A stretch of DNA of 64,000 bases from Adineta vaga (taxonomy: Eukaryota; Animalia; Rotifera). The stretch is taken from the NCBI GenBank assembly GCA_021613535.1, contig CP075497.1, positions 4,278,001 to 4,342,000 on the forward strand, in the 5' to 3' direction. This document shows, piece by piece, positions 24,901 through 39,300 of this stretch. Position 1 is the stretch's first letter; each line of letters opens with the position of its first letter. Position numbers and translations under genes: made by a program. The notes under the pieces were generated by a model. It was not told where the DNA came from, ran no database searches, and worked only from the letters and a program-made list of their open reading frames with translations.

Positions 24901-27900
24901 AGACTAAAATAGAATTACATGAAACAAAATAATTCATTTTTGATTAAACAAAAAAACGATTATCTTTTACCTTCTTTAACTTTGATAATATATGGATGAT
25001 TAAGACTAGTCATAAAATCGATTTCTCGTCGAATTCTTGCCAAATCATGTGGATTTTCAATACGCGATTTTTTAATTGTTTTTATTGCTACTTGTTCATT
25101 CTTACGTTTATCCAATGCCAATTTAACTTTTCCATATGTACCTTTGCCTAATGTTTGTTTGAAATCGAAACGACTATGTAATGTTTCACGTTGTGGACCA
25201 TTACCATTGGGATGACTTCCATTACTACCTGTATGTTCTTGTGAGGAAGGAGGAGTTGTAGTCGAATCACCGAAACTATTTAAACTTCCTAAACTAGACC
25301 AATTCTGAGTACGTGTTCGAGGACGATTACTGCCATTTGTTCCTCCACCTTCTAGCCTATACAAAGAGAAAAAGAAAAGATTATTATTTTTAGTTTAATA
25401 ATCAAAACGTAAGATCAAAAGGAGATTTAAACTCTTAGACTATCTTCAAAGATAATTGTAAAAACCTTCTACTGTCAATATAGTTCATATGTCTATTTTC
25501 TCGACATTTGATTTTATGATAGAATCAAATTTTTTTAATGAATACCCATGAATTTCTATTCTTAAGGTCTTTAACTGCATACAAATAGTTTTCATCAAAG
25601 ACGTTCTCTTTACCTGCTGGAACCCATTATAAATTTATAAAGATCAGATAAACCGCTTGAATTCTTATCCGAATTTTGGAGCGCAATCATTGATAAAGTT
25701 TTCGTTGACTTATTTTTATATAGAAGAAGTTTATATAGTCACAAGTGTCAAGTAAACTATAATTATGTGTTAGATATAAGTACTGTTGTTGTTGTTGATG
25801 ATGAAAGCAACGAAAAGAATAAGATTAAAGAGATTGAAAAGCTATTCAATGTCAATGTGTTCTTATACAGTTTTTGTTTCTCTCATTATCGTCAATGCGT
25901 ATATAGTTGATATGCAGCATATTTGGTGTAAAGATAAGTATGAATAAATTGTACTGTATATGAGAAGAATAACAATGAGAAAGAAGAGAAGAAATGAAAT
26001 GTTCAGATGATGATTTGGTATTTTTTACAACAGAAAATCGTGTTTTATCGTCGCCGTCGTCTTCTTCTTCTTGTTCGCTTTTTTCTTTCTTTCTTTCTTT
26101 CTTTCTTTCTCTCTCTTCTCTTTACAAACTTCACTTTTTATGTATGTATTCTTTTCAACAAAGACGAAAGCGTACGAACATACGAAACGATACTTGACGA
26201 AATAGCATACTGACGACGTGACGACGCCTGCTCGGTTTTCTCTCTCTCCCTCTCTCTCTCATTTTGCTTTAAAACGAAACCGCAAGCCAAATGTGAAGGA
26301 GAAAAAGAGAGAGAAGAATTTTGTTCTCTTATTTTATGACCACATAGAAATCATAACCTCTCATGTGTAACTAATATTAATGTCTATGATCGTTGCTATC
26401 TTGAAATTATTTTTTTTAATTATTTAACTATACGCTAATCCTTCGATCGAGTGAATCACTTTGATATTTTCTTTCGATATATAATTGAAATAAGAGAGAA
26501 GAACACATATGAAAAGTTTTAATAACAGTTTTTGTTCGTTTGATTTCTGTATGATATTTTACGCTTATTATATCGAGGTTTTTCTCGAGGACAAAATAAT
26601 GACTAGAAGAGCGGACGACATCAAGGTGAGTTTTCAAAATAAAGAAAAAATCTGCACTAGTTAAACAAAAGATATATAATAACATTTTTCTGTTTTTTTA
26701 GCTCGCAGGGAAGAAAGGTGGAGTAAAACCTATTTCTCCTTTTAATGCCAATATAAAAGAAGAAAAGAAAAATATTTGTATTTATCGAAAAATACTCTTT
26801 ACATCTTACTTGACTAATAAATCATCATGAGAATGTGAACGTTGTTGCTCAAAATAATTTAATTTAATAGCTATAGTTCCACCATGAGATTTAATTTCAT
26901 GCGCTCTTCGTCCAGTTGCCATATAGAGAAATTCTTCAAATACGTAATAATATTGAATAGTAAACTGACATATTTGTATGAAAAAATATCTACACGTACA
27001 GGTTGTTATCTACCTATCAATCGACCTATCTATCTATCAGAATAAAAATAAATCGAATGACAGATGATCATTACGGTGGAAGAGAGAAAAAAAGTCTGTT
27101 AGTTTTGTTTTTTTGTATATATAAACAAGGAGAATGAAATAATGTCAATGAAATGTTTTAATATATAAGAATAATGGCAAGTAATCGAAAAAAAAATGAA
27201 CATGAATGTCGGAGACGTCATTTCATTTTTTTTCTCTTCGATTGTGGTATCAATGATATGTTAAAATCAATATATATATATATATACGTACGAGAATAAA
27301 TTGTGACAAGACTCTGTATTTGACATATTCATTATGTAGAAAGATACTAGTTGTAATTAACTCGAAAAAAACGAAAAAAAAGAATGAATAATGATGAGGA
27401 TTGATCGTTCTAGGTGAAAAGCTTATAGCATTGAAGTTTGTTTATAACACTTGCGTAAGACGGATGTAATCGAGATGACAACGAAAGATTTCATTATTAC
27501 TTCTTTGTTGAGAAAAGAAAGAAAGAGAGAGAGAGAGAGCGAGAGAGACAGAGAACTGTTTGTTGAGTTTACTTTCTTTATATACATATACAAATGTGTA
27601 TTCGTTCAAAAAGATCAAATGTAGGTGGATTTGATTAGATTTCACTTTTCTTTAACGATTATGATGTCGTATCTCGTTACTTATTGTCTTAGATCATATA
27701 TGCATATTATGTTCATACCTCATTGTAGTCATGAATAATGAAGTTCAATGATTTCTTGACTGAAAGTTGTTGACTGTTGTTATGTTGTAATAAGCTGAAT
27801 ATATGGTCTATAGTTTGCTACTGACAGTGACCTTATCAGCCTTATAGAAAAGTACGAACAAGAGACAACGATAGACAGAATAGAAAAAGGACTAGACCTA

Positions 27901-28904
27901 TATTAATCGATAGAATTCGGGAAAAAATCCAAGAAATGATAGGAAGAAAAAGACCGAGATAGAGATATACTATAACGACAATTAATTGTGGAAAAGACGG
28001 AAACTATCAGCATCCATATTGACAAGAGCATGTCCAACAGAACATTAAGAAACATAAAACAAAAAGAACGAGGCGGACAACACTCTCCAAGATATATTTT
28101 ATTATTCAGCTGTAGGAACTGTCTTTTACATTGTACATATGTCCTTGTTATCATGAAGATAACTGGAAGAACAAGGTCTAAATTTGTTCGATTCATTTAA
28201 CAAAATATTTCTGTTATTTAGAAAAGATTATCTTTCATATTAATAATATATAAAATAAAACATAGATTAGTTTTTCAAGATAGTTTTCTTTGAAATATCT
28301 TCCTAGAATTTTTTTTATCTCTATCAAAAACAGTTGTTCGATTACTTAGATGATAAGTTTCTAACGTCAATATTCCCATTGGGATGTGTCAGTAGATGCA
28401 TCGATGATTTTTCTCTTTTTCTTCATTCTCTTCTATACACATCAATGTATATACACAAGCGAGACAATGTTTTTTTCTGGTTATATGCCCTTACGGCTCT
28501 CCATTAAGTAAATATGGCAAAACAGAAGCATCTGATTTGTACAGAATCCATTTGGCGATACTCTTGAGAAAAGAATTTACTTACGGTAAAAGATAATTTA
28601 CTGTTGGTCGTTGTGAACTAGTTGTTGAATAAATAGGTTGTTCTTGTTGTTCTGATTGAGAATAATCATAATTTAAAATGTTGGAAAGTGGTTCATTTCC
28701 ATTAGTATAACGTCGTTTCATAGATGGATATTGACTTGTTTTTGAATTACTCGTTGATCCACCATTCTGTGTTGTATAGATGTCTGTTTTTGCTGATGAT
28801 TGTGGCCATTTGTTATAGAATGATGTTGAATAACCTGTTGTATCGTACTGTGAGTCAGTAGTCGATGGTGGAATACGATGAGGTCGCGACGATGGAAATA
28901 ACAT
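21982..28904 (-). CDS. NUAK1: NUAK/ARK5/UNC-82 family AMPK-related kinase with alternative first and last exons
   Basis: [106 protein letters not shown]. Shared exons span 25356-24168. Confidence 0.92.
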
Positions 28905-30147
28905 TGTTCATAAGCCGATCGTCTGCGAATATGTTCTGATTATGGCTAGAGAAAAAAGAGTGATAGAGAATCTATGAATAATCATGCACTAGTTTGGTGA
29001 ATTTTCTTTTTCTTTCAAGCATTATTTTTTCTCTTTTGTCAGGCGTTCTCTTCACAAACATACACATACACATACACACTTCTCTGACGGCACAAGTATT
29101 GCATTATGAAGAAAGACAGAGAGGAGAAAAAGAAGAAGAAAGAAAAAGAACAAAAAAGGAAGAAAGAAGGAAAAAAAGAGTAACTTCTACATATCCATTT
29201 AATGTTAAATGTACATATTAGTCAAAAAAAAACCCGAAACAAAAAGAAAAAAAGATGATTGCTGTCAAATGGATAAGAGTAAGAGGTAACATATCATCAA
29301 TCGATCAAAATGTACAAAAAAAAAGAAATATATTTGATTATTTCTTTCTATGTATCAAATATGTCTGTTTATAGCTATCTCTTCGTCTCATTTTCATAAG
29401 CAATAAACATTTATATGTATGTCGTAAGCAAAAATGATGACAAAGATATAACCTTCTTTGAAGAAAAAAAAGCCTCAAAGTATTCGAAAATAACTAATGT
29501 TTTTCTTTGAAACTATTGTAGACGTCGTATTACAAGAACATCTTGTCCAAAATAAATAAGAAAATCGTATTTATAATTACCTGATAAGAGGCGGAAAAAA
29601 ACATATTGATGTATCATTAATGTTTTGTCGTCACTAAACGTTTTTTTTTCTTTTTCTTCTTCTTCTTATTCTTTCACAATAAGAATGTTGTGTTTTTTTA
29701 TGATAATGATATCAAAATCAAAGAAACATTTCCAAGTGTAAGAATTTTTATCTTTAGTTGTGAAAATATCAATTGACGATCAAGGCACAAAATATTTTCT
29801 TTATTTTTGCTTGAATAAAGCGATAAGATCGATCACAGAGAACATATTTTGATTATTTAGAATAGTTGGAAAAACAAAGTTAAATAAACAAAATATTCTT
29901 CCTGAAATAACAAATTAATCGAGGATAGTTGACAAAAATAACAACTCATATTTCGAAAGAAAATGATTCATTCATGCGAGATTATTAATCATTAAGATTT
30001 GGTAGGAGGAATATTATCGATTCGTTTCCTTATTATTAACGTAAATCAAATATATTTTTCGTTGATATTCAATAATAAAAGCAATCACAAAGTATAAATT
30101 ATCAAATAGAATAAGAGAGAGAGAAAAGAATCATAAAATATCGTATT

Positions 30148-31860
30148 TTATTCATCGGGATTATCGACTGCTTTAAGTAAACGACGTGGACCACGTGTGG
30201 ACGGAGCTTTAGGTCTTGCAAATGATGTTTTACTAGCACTTGCTAACACTTCGGGATGAAGTTGTTGAAATAGATAATCATTTGTAAGATCATTTATATC
30301 ACAAAGTTCCAACTAAAGTTATATGATAAAAGATTTCAATAGAAATAAACAAAATTCATATACTTTTCGATCAAAAGTAATACCAAATTTCTTTTCAATA
30401 GTATCAATAACACTTTCTTTACAACTTGCATAAACCATACGTTGTTTTATTTTCGAACCATGACCAGGTACAGAATAGAGAAAAACTAAATCGATAGGAG
30501 AGATTAGAATGATAAAATTGGAAATTGTTTACATGTTGAATGTATTGTTTCATTATTGAAATCATGTGTAAATCGATAGAGATGATATCGTCCTGCATTT
30601 TCGGGTAAACATGTACGAATATGTTCAGGAGTTGCAGTAGATTCTGAATGGGATAAGAATATACGTTCCTTTTCATGATCAATCTCCTACGAAAACAAGA
30701 GAATAAAGTATGAAATCTAATCAAAGTAATACAAAAAAAAAGTTCATTTTAGATCGAAATCTTTCGATTCGAAGGTCATTAGTTATTGTTAGTTAACATT
30801 CTGAAATTTCAAATCTATTCATGGCTTCGAAAGCCTTATTATTTCCTTGACAAATATATAGATTTCAAAATATGTAAATTTAATTTGCATTTCATTATCA
30901 AATTCTTTTCCTTTCTTTTCGATTTACCATTTGGATATAATTAACAGTTTGATTTTTGAATAGATGTAATGCTTCAAGAACATTTTCATCAAATGGAAAC
31001 ATTAATCCTTGTAAAGTTTGATGTTTAGAATCAACACTTATATCAGAAGTAATCTAAATAGAAGAATCGAATTTATTATAATTCAAATAGATTGAAACGA
31101 ACGAACTTCTCGTTGTTTGATTTCATGCATTTCTTCTTCACGTATTGTTCGAGGTGGTGGTGCTGCTTGAGTACGAATATGTTGATGAAATGAATTAATC
31201 GTCATTTCATTCTTTAATAACAAGACAAAAATGCTTAAGATCTTTTTTTAAGTTTAACACATATAATTACGATCGATGAAGCACGAATTTCTTCAGTGAT
31301 ATATGCTAAACCAAATTCTCGTTTAAGTGTTGCAACTGTTGAAGCATATAGCATTCGTTCACGAACCTAGATAGGATGAGAAATATTGTTTCACGAATGA
31401 ATCGATTGAGTACTTTAGCTTCATCAGGAATATAAACAATAAATAACCAATTATGACCACTGATTTCATTGACTGTATCAAGACGAACAAAATAATATGC
31501 TGGACGATTGGATTTTACTAATGGTGGTATCATTTGTTCAAAATCTAGAGAAAACTTTTCTATCCGTGAATGAAAGACAAATTTGTTTCTACCTTCGTTA
31601 AATGTATGTTGAGCATTATGTTCTTCTTTTATAACGAGAGTTTCTACAAAAAAAAAGATGGATCTGTATACTGCTCAATTACGTTGAAAAGAACATAACA
31701 AACCATTTTCAATAACAATAACAACAACTCGAATATGTCCATCTTTCATTTCACCAATTTTTTTTCGTAATGAATCATTTGCTAAATTGAAATAAATCTT
31801 TCCAGAATATTAATAGAGATCTTTTTTTCATTCACCTGTGATTCCTGATTGATGAGACAT
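30148..31860 (-). CDS. TWF1: Twinfilin (two ADF-H domains plus C-terminal tail)
   Basis: Starts MSHQSGITA. Contains VRERMLYASTVATLKREFG, KHQTLQGLMFP, RMVYASCK and the tail FARPKAPSTRGPRRL. Confidence 0.93.
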
Positions 31861-33127
31861 TGTGCTCTTTTATATTGTCTGTAATAAATAAAAGTGACGA
31901 GAAAAAAAATGAAAGAACAAGATAACTCAAAACAAATATCGACTTCACCGTCACCCGTTTACTCAACCAGCTAGGAATAGTATTCATTGATGATGATGAT
32001 GATGATAATGTTCGCTTGCATCACATTGGTGCTTTTTGAATGCCGATAGCGAGCACCATCTAGGCAATATAATCGTCTTTGTAAAGATGGATGAATGGAT
32101 GGATAGTTTTTTTTCCTATACAAAAATATTCTTATTCGCCAATAAAATATTTTAAGACGCAGCATAGCATACGTTTATTTATCGCGATCGCGATGGTCGT
32201 CGTCGTCGTCGTACATTTTAATCAGATAAACGAATCTAGATAGATTACTATCGACCTTATCCGATTTTTTTTAACGTAATATTTTTCTTTTTTTTTTCTT
32301 TTCAATTCTTTCAATTACATCGATCATATATATTCAATTATTCACTTATCTCATTCGGATATTTTTAATGCTGCGTATTTATTTCGAATCTTAATACATC
32401 GGGTACTTTTCCCTTTTAATTTTATTCTATATCTTTCTGTTTCTGCTTGTTTACTTTATCGTATTCTTTCAATACCATATATTTTATTTAAATTCTTTCT
32501 CCGTCGATCTTCTTTTCTTTTCTTTTCTTTACATTACACTGCACTAATTTGTTTCTAGAATAAACTTCTAACTATCTTTTCTTTTGCATCTTCTTTGAAT
32601 ATTTTTATAATGAATTAAAAATTACTAGTAGGATTCCTTCCGGATAAAAATGACATTCTTCACTGTTGACAGTGTTTTCAAAAAAAAGAAGAAGAATCAT
32701 TCGCATTTCTATCTTAGAGTTCTTTTCAAAATTTTTTTCTTTATTGGTCTCTCACATTGCTATTAATAGCAAAATTATCACATAAAATTATTCAAAGATA
32801 AAATATAAAATACAGGTGCATCTTCGCTGTATTTTCTCTCACATCGATGATTCACCAAATGATTGCTTTTCGTATTGACATAGAATGTAATCGAAGTTCG
32901 TACTTTTCTAAGGACGAATACAGAATAGATCGAGCCCTGTACTTAATAATCTATACGAAAACTGTGCCACTATTAAAAATGCATGATTAATGAGAAAAGA
33001 AACATTCCATCCTGGATTAGATTCTCATATAAACTACGTATACATTTTTATATTATTTTCTTCCAGATTATCATTTGCGTAGACGCATAGCAAAAACGTT
33101 TTCATTTTAATTATATTGAAGAGAAAA
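31861..33127. promoter_or_regulatory. Likely bidirectional promoter region between twinfilin and ALAS
   Basis: The two genes are head-to-head. CpG-rich islet with perfect palindrome atcgcgatcgcgat (32181-32194) followed by a (gtc)n run. Confidence 0.45.
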
Positions 33128-35365
33128 ATGACAGTACCCGCTTTGAAATGTCCATTTTTATCTCAATTTACTTTACAACAAGTTCGATCATCAGCTCCAC
33201 ATATTCTCAATGCCGGAATTGAATCATGTCCAATTTTTAGTCAATTTGCTCGTAAAATTTCAACAACAAGCGTTGAGAAAAGTGGCAATTCATCAACATC
33301 ATCATCGATGTCTTATCCACTTAATTTAAATGAAATCAAGGCTGTTCATGAGAAAATGTTTGAACGAAACCATCAACAATCTTCAGCATCGAAACTCAAA
33401 ACATTTCCAACAAATTTTCAAACATTATTAAATAAGAATACACCTAATCCATATGGTGAAAGTACGATAATAAAAATGACATTGTTTCTTTTGATATCAG
33501 AGTTGTTTTTTTCTAAATTTTAAGTTATTATTTCGCTTGAATGTGAAGATCTTCTTTGTCCATTTTTAAAATCAACACCGATTACACTTCGACGTATGAG
33601 TATGGACCAGGATACAATCGAAGTTAATCGAAATTTAGGTAATTAAACATGTTGTATCAAAAGATATTATTTAATTTTTTCTTTCTATATAGGCAATATT
33701 GCCCGTCCGATGACAGTGCCCAACAATGAGAATGTCAAACCATTTGAATATAGTGCATTTTTTGATGAACGAATTGAAGCAAAAAAACGGGATAATTCTT
33801 ATCGAGTTTTTAAACGTGTTCAACGACGAAGCGGTTGTTTTCCTCAGGCTGATGTAATGAAAAATCTCGATGATGATGAAGATACTCGTAAAATAACTGT
33901 CTGGTGCAGCAACGATTATCTTGGTTTAGGGGAACATCCTAAAATGAAAAAAGCGGTCATGTAAGTAATTCATTCAATATTCTGCATTTACAAAAGTATT
34001 TCATGGTTTTATGATTTTCCTTTCGAGCGGAAATTAATTTTTTTTTCTTAATGAATTTTAGTGATGCAGTCACAGCGCATGGCTCTGGTTCAGGTGGTAC
34101 ACGAAATATCTCTGGTACAAGTCCATTACATGAAAAACTCGAAGAACATTTAGCACGTCTGCACAAAAAAGAATCAGCATTAATTTTCACATCATGCTAT
34201 GTTGCCAATGATACAACTTTATATACATTAGCCAAGTCATTACCAGGTTGTCATATTTTTTCCGATAGTGGAAATCATGCATCCATGATTCAAGGTATAC
34301 GAAATAGTCAAGTACCAAAACATATCTTTCGACATAATGATATCGATCATTTGGAAGAATTATTAAAAAAAGTTCCAAGACATGTACCGAAAATTGTCGC
34401 ATTTGAAACAGTACACTCAATGGACGGTACGAATAATTGCATAGGTTTTTCTTTTGGCATAAAATGTTTTGATGTATCGATTTTCTATAGGTTCAATTTG
34501 TGATTTGGAAGCAATGTTGGATGTTGCACATGATTATGGTTCAATAACATTTATCGACGAAGTTCATGCCGTTGGTTTATATGGTCACAATGGAGCGGGT
34601 ATTGGTGAACGTGATCAAGTTCTTCATAAAATGGATATTATATCAGGAACACTTGGTTTGTAATCAATAAGTAGAAATTTGAGATAAAAAGAGATAGATT
34701 TAAATTTTCTTCTAGGTAAAGCATTTGGTAGTATTGGTGGTTATATTGCTGGTAGTGCAAAAATGGCGGATTTCATACGAAGTTATGGTTCTGGTTTTAT
34801 TTTTACAACATCAATGCCACCAACAGTTTTAGCAAGTGCTATAGCAGCTATTGAAGTAACTCTATTTAAAGGAATTTTTCATTCTCTAATTGAAATCTGA
34901 CATAGATTTCGATAAGTGATGAAGGTCGTTCATTACGTCGTAAACAACAAGAAAATGTTCGTGAATTACGCTCAAAATTAATCGATGCTGGTCTTCCTGT
35001 AATGATGTCACCAAGTCATATTATTCCTATTCATGTAAGAGACAATACTCATCTTCTTCCGTTCAATTTGAAGTACGCTTTCTTTTTCTGTTTTCTAGGT
35101 TGGAAATGCTGCATTAGCTACTCTTTTATGTAATCATTTACTTGATCGTTATTCGATCTATATTCAATCAATCAATTATCCAACAGTTGAACGTGGAACT
35201 GAACGTTTAAGAATTGCTGCGACACCTTATCATACAAGTGAAATGATTGATCAATTAGTTGAAGCATTAAAACAAGTTTGGAAGGATGTTGGTCTTAATT
35301 TGAAATCTCTTGATCAACAACAACAACAGCAATATTCGCCTCTTACCTTCCGACAACACGCTTAA
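33128..35365 (+). CDS. ALAS1: 5-aminolevulinate synthase, mitochondrial
   Basis: Three CP heme-regulatory motifs (KCPFL, SCPIF, LCPFL). [45 protein letters not shown] (PLP lysine), INYPTV. Confidence 0.96.
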
Positions 35366-36350
35366 TAAAGAAGATTAATCATGACTGACATATTGTTGCT
35401 CATGCTTTCTTTCTTTTATCTATCCGTATGTTATTTTAGCTATCTTCTCCTATTTAAGTCTCTTTCATTTTTAACCGATTCAACCAGAATACCTACACTC
35501 GTAGAGATATTAATAAAGGTCTACTTAGTTTGCTTTTTATTTCTCATTTCTTAGTTTGATTTATTCTTTTCTAACATGAAATCTTTTTATCCTTCTCGTA
35601 ATCATCCGTTTTTTTTGCATTGTTTATTGTCTTAGTTTTACGTTTTTTTTGATTGAAGAAAAAAACAATTCATTGAAAAAAAATAATTTTCTTTTTCTTT
35701 TTCCGTCGAATTTTTTCCCTCGATTTCTAAGAATAGATTCATACGAAACTGTATCGTATGAAACGTTTTACGTTCGTTTTAGAATTGAAGGGCATCTTTT
35801 GTTTCAATTATCTATAATTGTATCGAAAATTGTAATTCGATCAGCGCGATTTAATATAAATATCAGAATGAGAATGACAAATCTAATTCCTGTCAACAAC
35901 AACTAATCTACTTCTTTTCTTTGAGGTGTATATAAAAAAAAGTGAAAAACTAGTAGGAAAAGCAAAAGAATGAGCACATAGGCATATATTATAAATGAAA
36001 AAGAAGAAAAAGAAGAAGAAAAATGATGAGAAAATATGTGACGTGAAGCATCGCTTCCTATTATTCAGTCGGCTGTTAGTGTTCGAGAAAAGTGAACGTC
36101 ATGCGTAAAACAAAACTATTCCTGTAGTGTGATCCTTCATTATCATGAAATCTTGTTTTTGTCTCTCTCTCTCACTCCTTATGTCTTAGATTACGAACTC
36201 GTTTTCTTAGTTTTTTTTCTCCTTTTCCATATCACATATTCTTAACTGATTATGCATTCATGTGTATTGTTGTTTATCTTTGTTTTCTATAATGTTTTTC
36301 AGATTGTATAAATAACTAAGTAATTTATTAATATTTTATACAAAATTAAA

Positions 36351-39300
36351 ATGTCAGCACGTTCGAATGAACCCATCGAAGAGATAACAGCTGGTCATCG
36401 ACCAACGCCGAGTTCAAATGGTGATTGGAATCAACAAACACTTGTGGATGCACGAAATGTTCTTCAAACACAACAATCGAATGAAGCATCACAACAAACT
36501 ACCGAACAACGAACGGGCAAAAGTATGTTTTATCTTTGTTTTTCTTTGATTCATTACTAAACTTCTCGTCTTTTTCTCCAGTCGTTAAAGCACCGATTTA
36601 TCCAAATCATGTTCTTCATCCTGAAGTTATTCCATCATTAAACGATGTACCAGCTGAATTAAATAAACGTCGAAATATTCGTTTTATCGATCCATCAGCA
36701 ATTGATTCATTTGAAACAGAAATACCATTAGCTATTGCTAGCTCATTACAAGATGAATTAGAACGTGCCGTACAACATCGGTTAGTCATTTCATTTTGTT
36801 TATCATTTTTAATTTTATATTTTCTAAATCTACAGAGCAGCACAAGATCGAAATACTGAACAACATTCAACAACGGTTTCATCGACTGTTGAAAATAATT
36901 TATTTCAAAGTCTTAGTCCTGAAACAGCCTATACAACAAATGAAATAACCGAAGCATTTGATAGTCACCAGCCACCAGCAGGCACAAGAACATCTATCTA
37001 TGATAAATCAAGTTTACGAGAAACATTTCAACGAATTAAAATTGCCGGCGATTTTAATGATATGTCACATATTGAAGATTTAGAAGATGCAGTTGGTCCA
37101 TTACTTCGTGCAATGGTTATTCGTGAAAAGTAATTTAATGAAAAATATTAAAATTTCTTTTTATTTTTCACATAATTATTTATTTTGTAGATATATGATT
37201 TTCAGTCTTCAATCATTTCCAACAACAGTGGCGAAATTTTTGAACAAAACATTAGAGCAAGAAGATCAATCACGTCGTGCCTCATCAACTATTCGAACAA
37301 ATACCGGTCGGGATCAAAATTCAACACCTCCCTCATCATCTTCTTCCTCATCATCATTAATACCGAGTGTGATACCATTCCTAATTATCTCTTGCTTTGC
37401 TTTAGTTTGCTGTGTTCTATCTTGCTTGATGAGTTCCTTGCTAAATATTCATTATTCCTTGTTTTTATTGAATTTCTTTGTTTGTTTGCATGTTTGCAGT
37501 GATGCCTCTTTTTTATTTAGAATCTAAATTACGAACTAGTTCTGCTACTGTTAGTGGACAAACACCACCCAAACAAACTGTTTCAACTATCTATCCACGC
37601 ACGACATCACAACGGCGAACATCAAATGAGACCTCACCATCTGTAGACAAAAATGTTGAAGTCAAAGCAAAAGAAACCTATTCTGGTAGATAAATTTGAT
37701 AAGTTTCTTTGAAAATTCTCAACAGAAAATAGATATTCGACAAGAAAAATGAATAAGTAATCGCCTTTCGACCTAATAGTTTTCTACTTATTCTAATAAC
37801 TAACATGTTTGCTGTGCTCGCACGTTTGTGTGGTTTTGAACTAAGCTTGATACTTTTCTAAAAAAGAATGAATACAAATTTTAATTCTATTTTCACTTTC
37901 TTTTTTTTTATAGACGATTCTCATCCGTTTCATCCACCAGTGATTAGACGTGAAGATGCATTCAATATTCCTCTATTAGAATCTATTGATGTTCGCGTTA
38001 AAGCTGAAAAAGGAATTTATCGTGTTTATGTACCAAATAATAATAAAGAATGGATTCTGGTTGATCATCCTGTGGTTGATCGAAATCAATTTATTGATGA
38101 TTATACACTTCTATCAGCAATGATTACAGATGGTCCATTAAAATCATTTTGTTATCGACGTTTACAATATTTAAAATCAAAATATGAATTACATTGTCTT
38201 TTGAATGAAGTCAAAGAATGGGCTGCTATTAAATCGACGCCACATCGAGATTTTTATAATGTTCGAAAAGTTGATACACATATTCATGCAGCATCATCCA
38301 TGAATCAAAAACATTTATTACGTTTTATGAAAAAGAAAATGAAAACATCGGGTGATATGCATGTGTATCGAACAAAAGATGGACGTGTTATGACATTGAA
38401 GGAAGTTTTCGATGAATTGAAAATTACTGCATATGATTTAAGTGTGGATATGTTAGGTGTTCATGCGGTAAGCAAAGAATAATGTATGAGACGAAATAAA
38501 GTATGATCATCATTTTAGGATCGGAATACTTTTCAACGTTTTGATCGTTTCAATGCAAAATATAATCCACTTGGTCAAAGTGCTTTACGGTATGAATAAA
38601 AATCATCGTTCGTTTTCTTTCATAGGCAATGTAATCATTTTTAGAGAAATTTTCATTAAAACGGACAATTTTATTGATGGTGTATTCTTTGCTGATTTAT
38701 TAAAGGTAAAGAATGTTTTTTTTTTCTTCATTTGAATTATGTAATAAAAACAAAATCGAATTGTTTTCAGGAAGTGATGGGTGATTTAGAAGAAAGTAAA
38801 TATCAACATGCAGAATTTCGTTTATCAATTTATGGTAAAAGTATGGATGAATGGGATAAATTAGCTATATGGGCTATTAAAAATACAATGTATTCAGCTA
38901 ATGTTAGTTGGATGGTTCAAATTCCACGTCTCTAGTAACTATTTACTGAATAAGAATTCATTTTCAAACAAAAACCTTTCTCTTTAATTCCAGTGATGTA
39001 TATCATGCTAATGGTATAACAAAAAATTTTCAAGAATTTCTAACGAACTTATTTCAACCATTATTCGATGCAACGGTTGATCCATCATCACATCCAGAGT
39101 TATTCCGTTTTATGCATCATTTAACTGGCTTTGATTCAGTTGATGATGAAACGAAACCTGAACGACCAATAATTACAGCTGAAATGCCATATCCAGAAGA
39201 GTGGAATATGAAAGATAATCCACCTTATGTTTATTATTTGGTAAAAAAAACAAAGAAGAAAATATTTTTAGTTTTCAAAACTATCTATTCATATAATTTA

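Noticed and set aside
32655-32685. Possible iron-responsive element (CAGTGT) upstream of ALAS
   Set aside because: The five bases either side of CAGTGT (gttga / tttca) do not pair. The only stem is cactg/cagtg, which buries the would-be loop.
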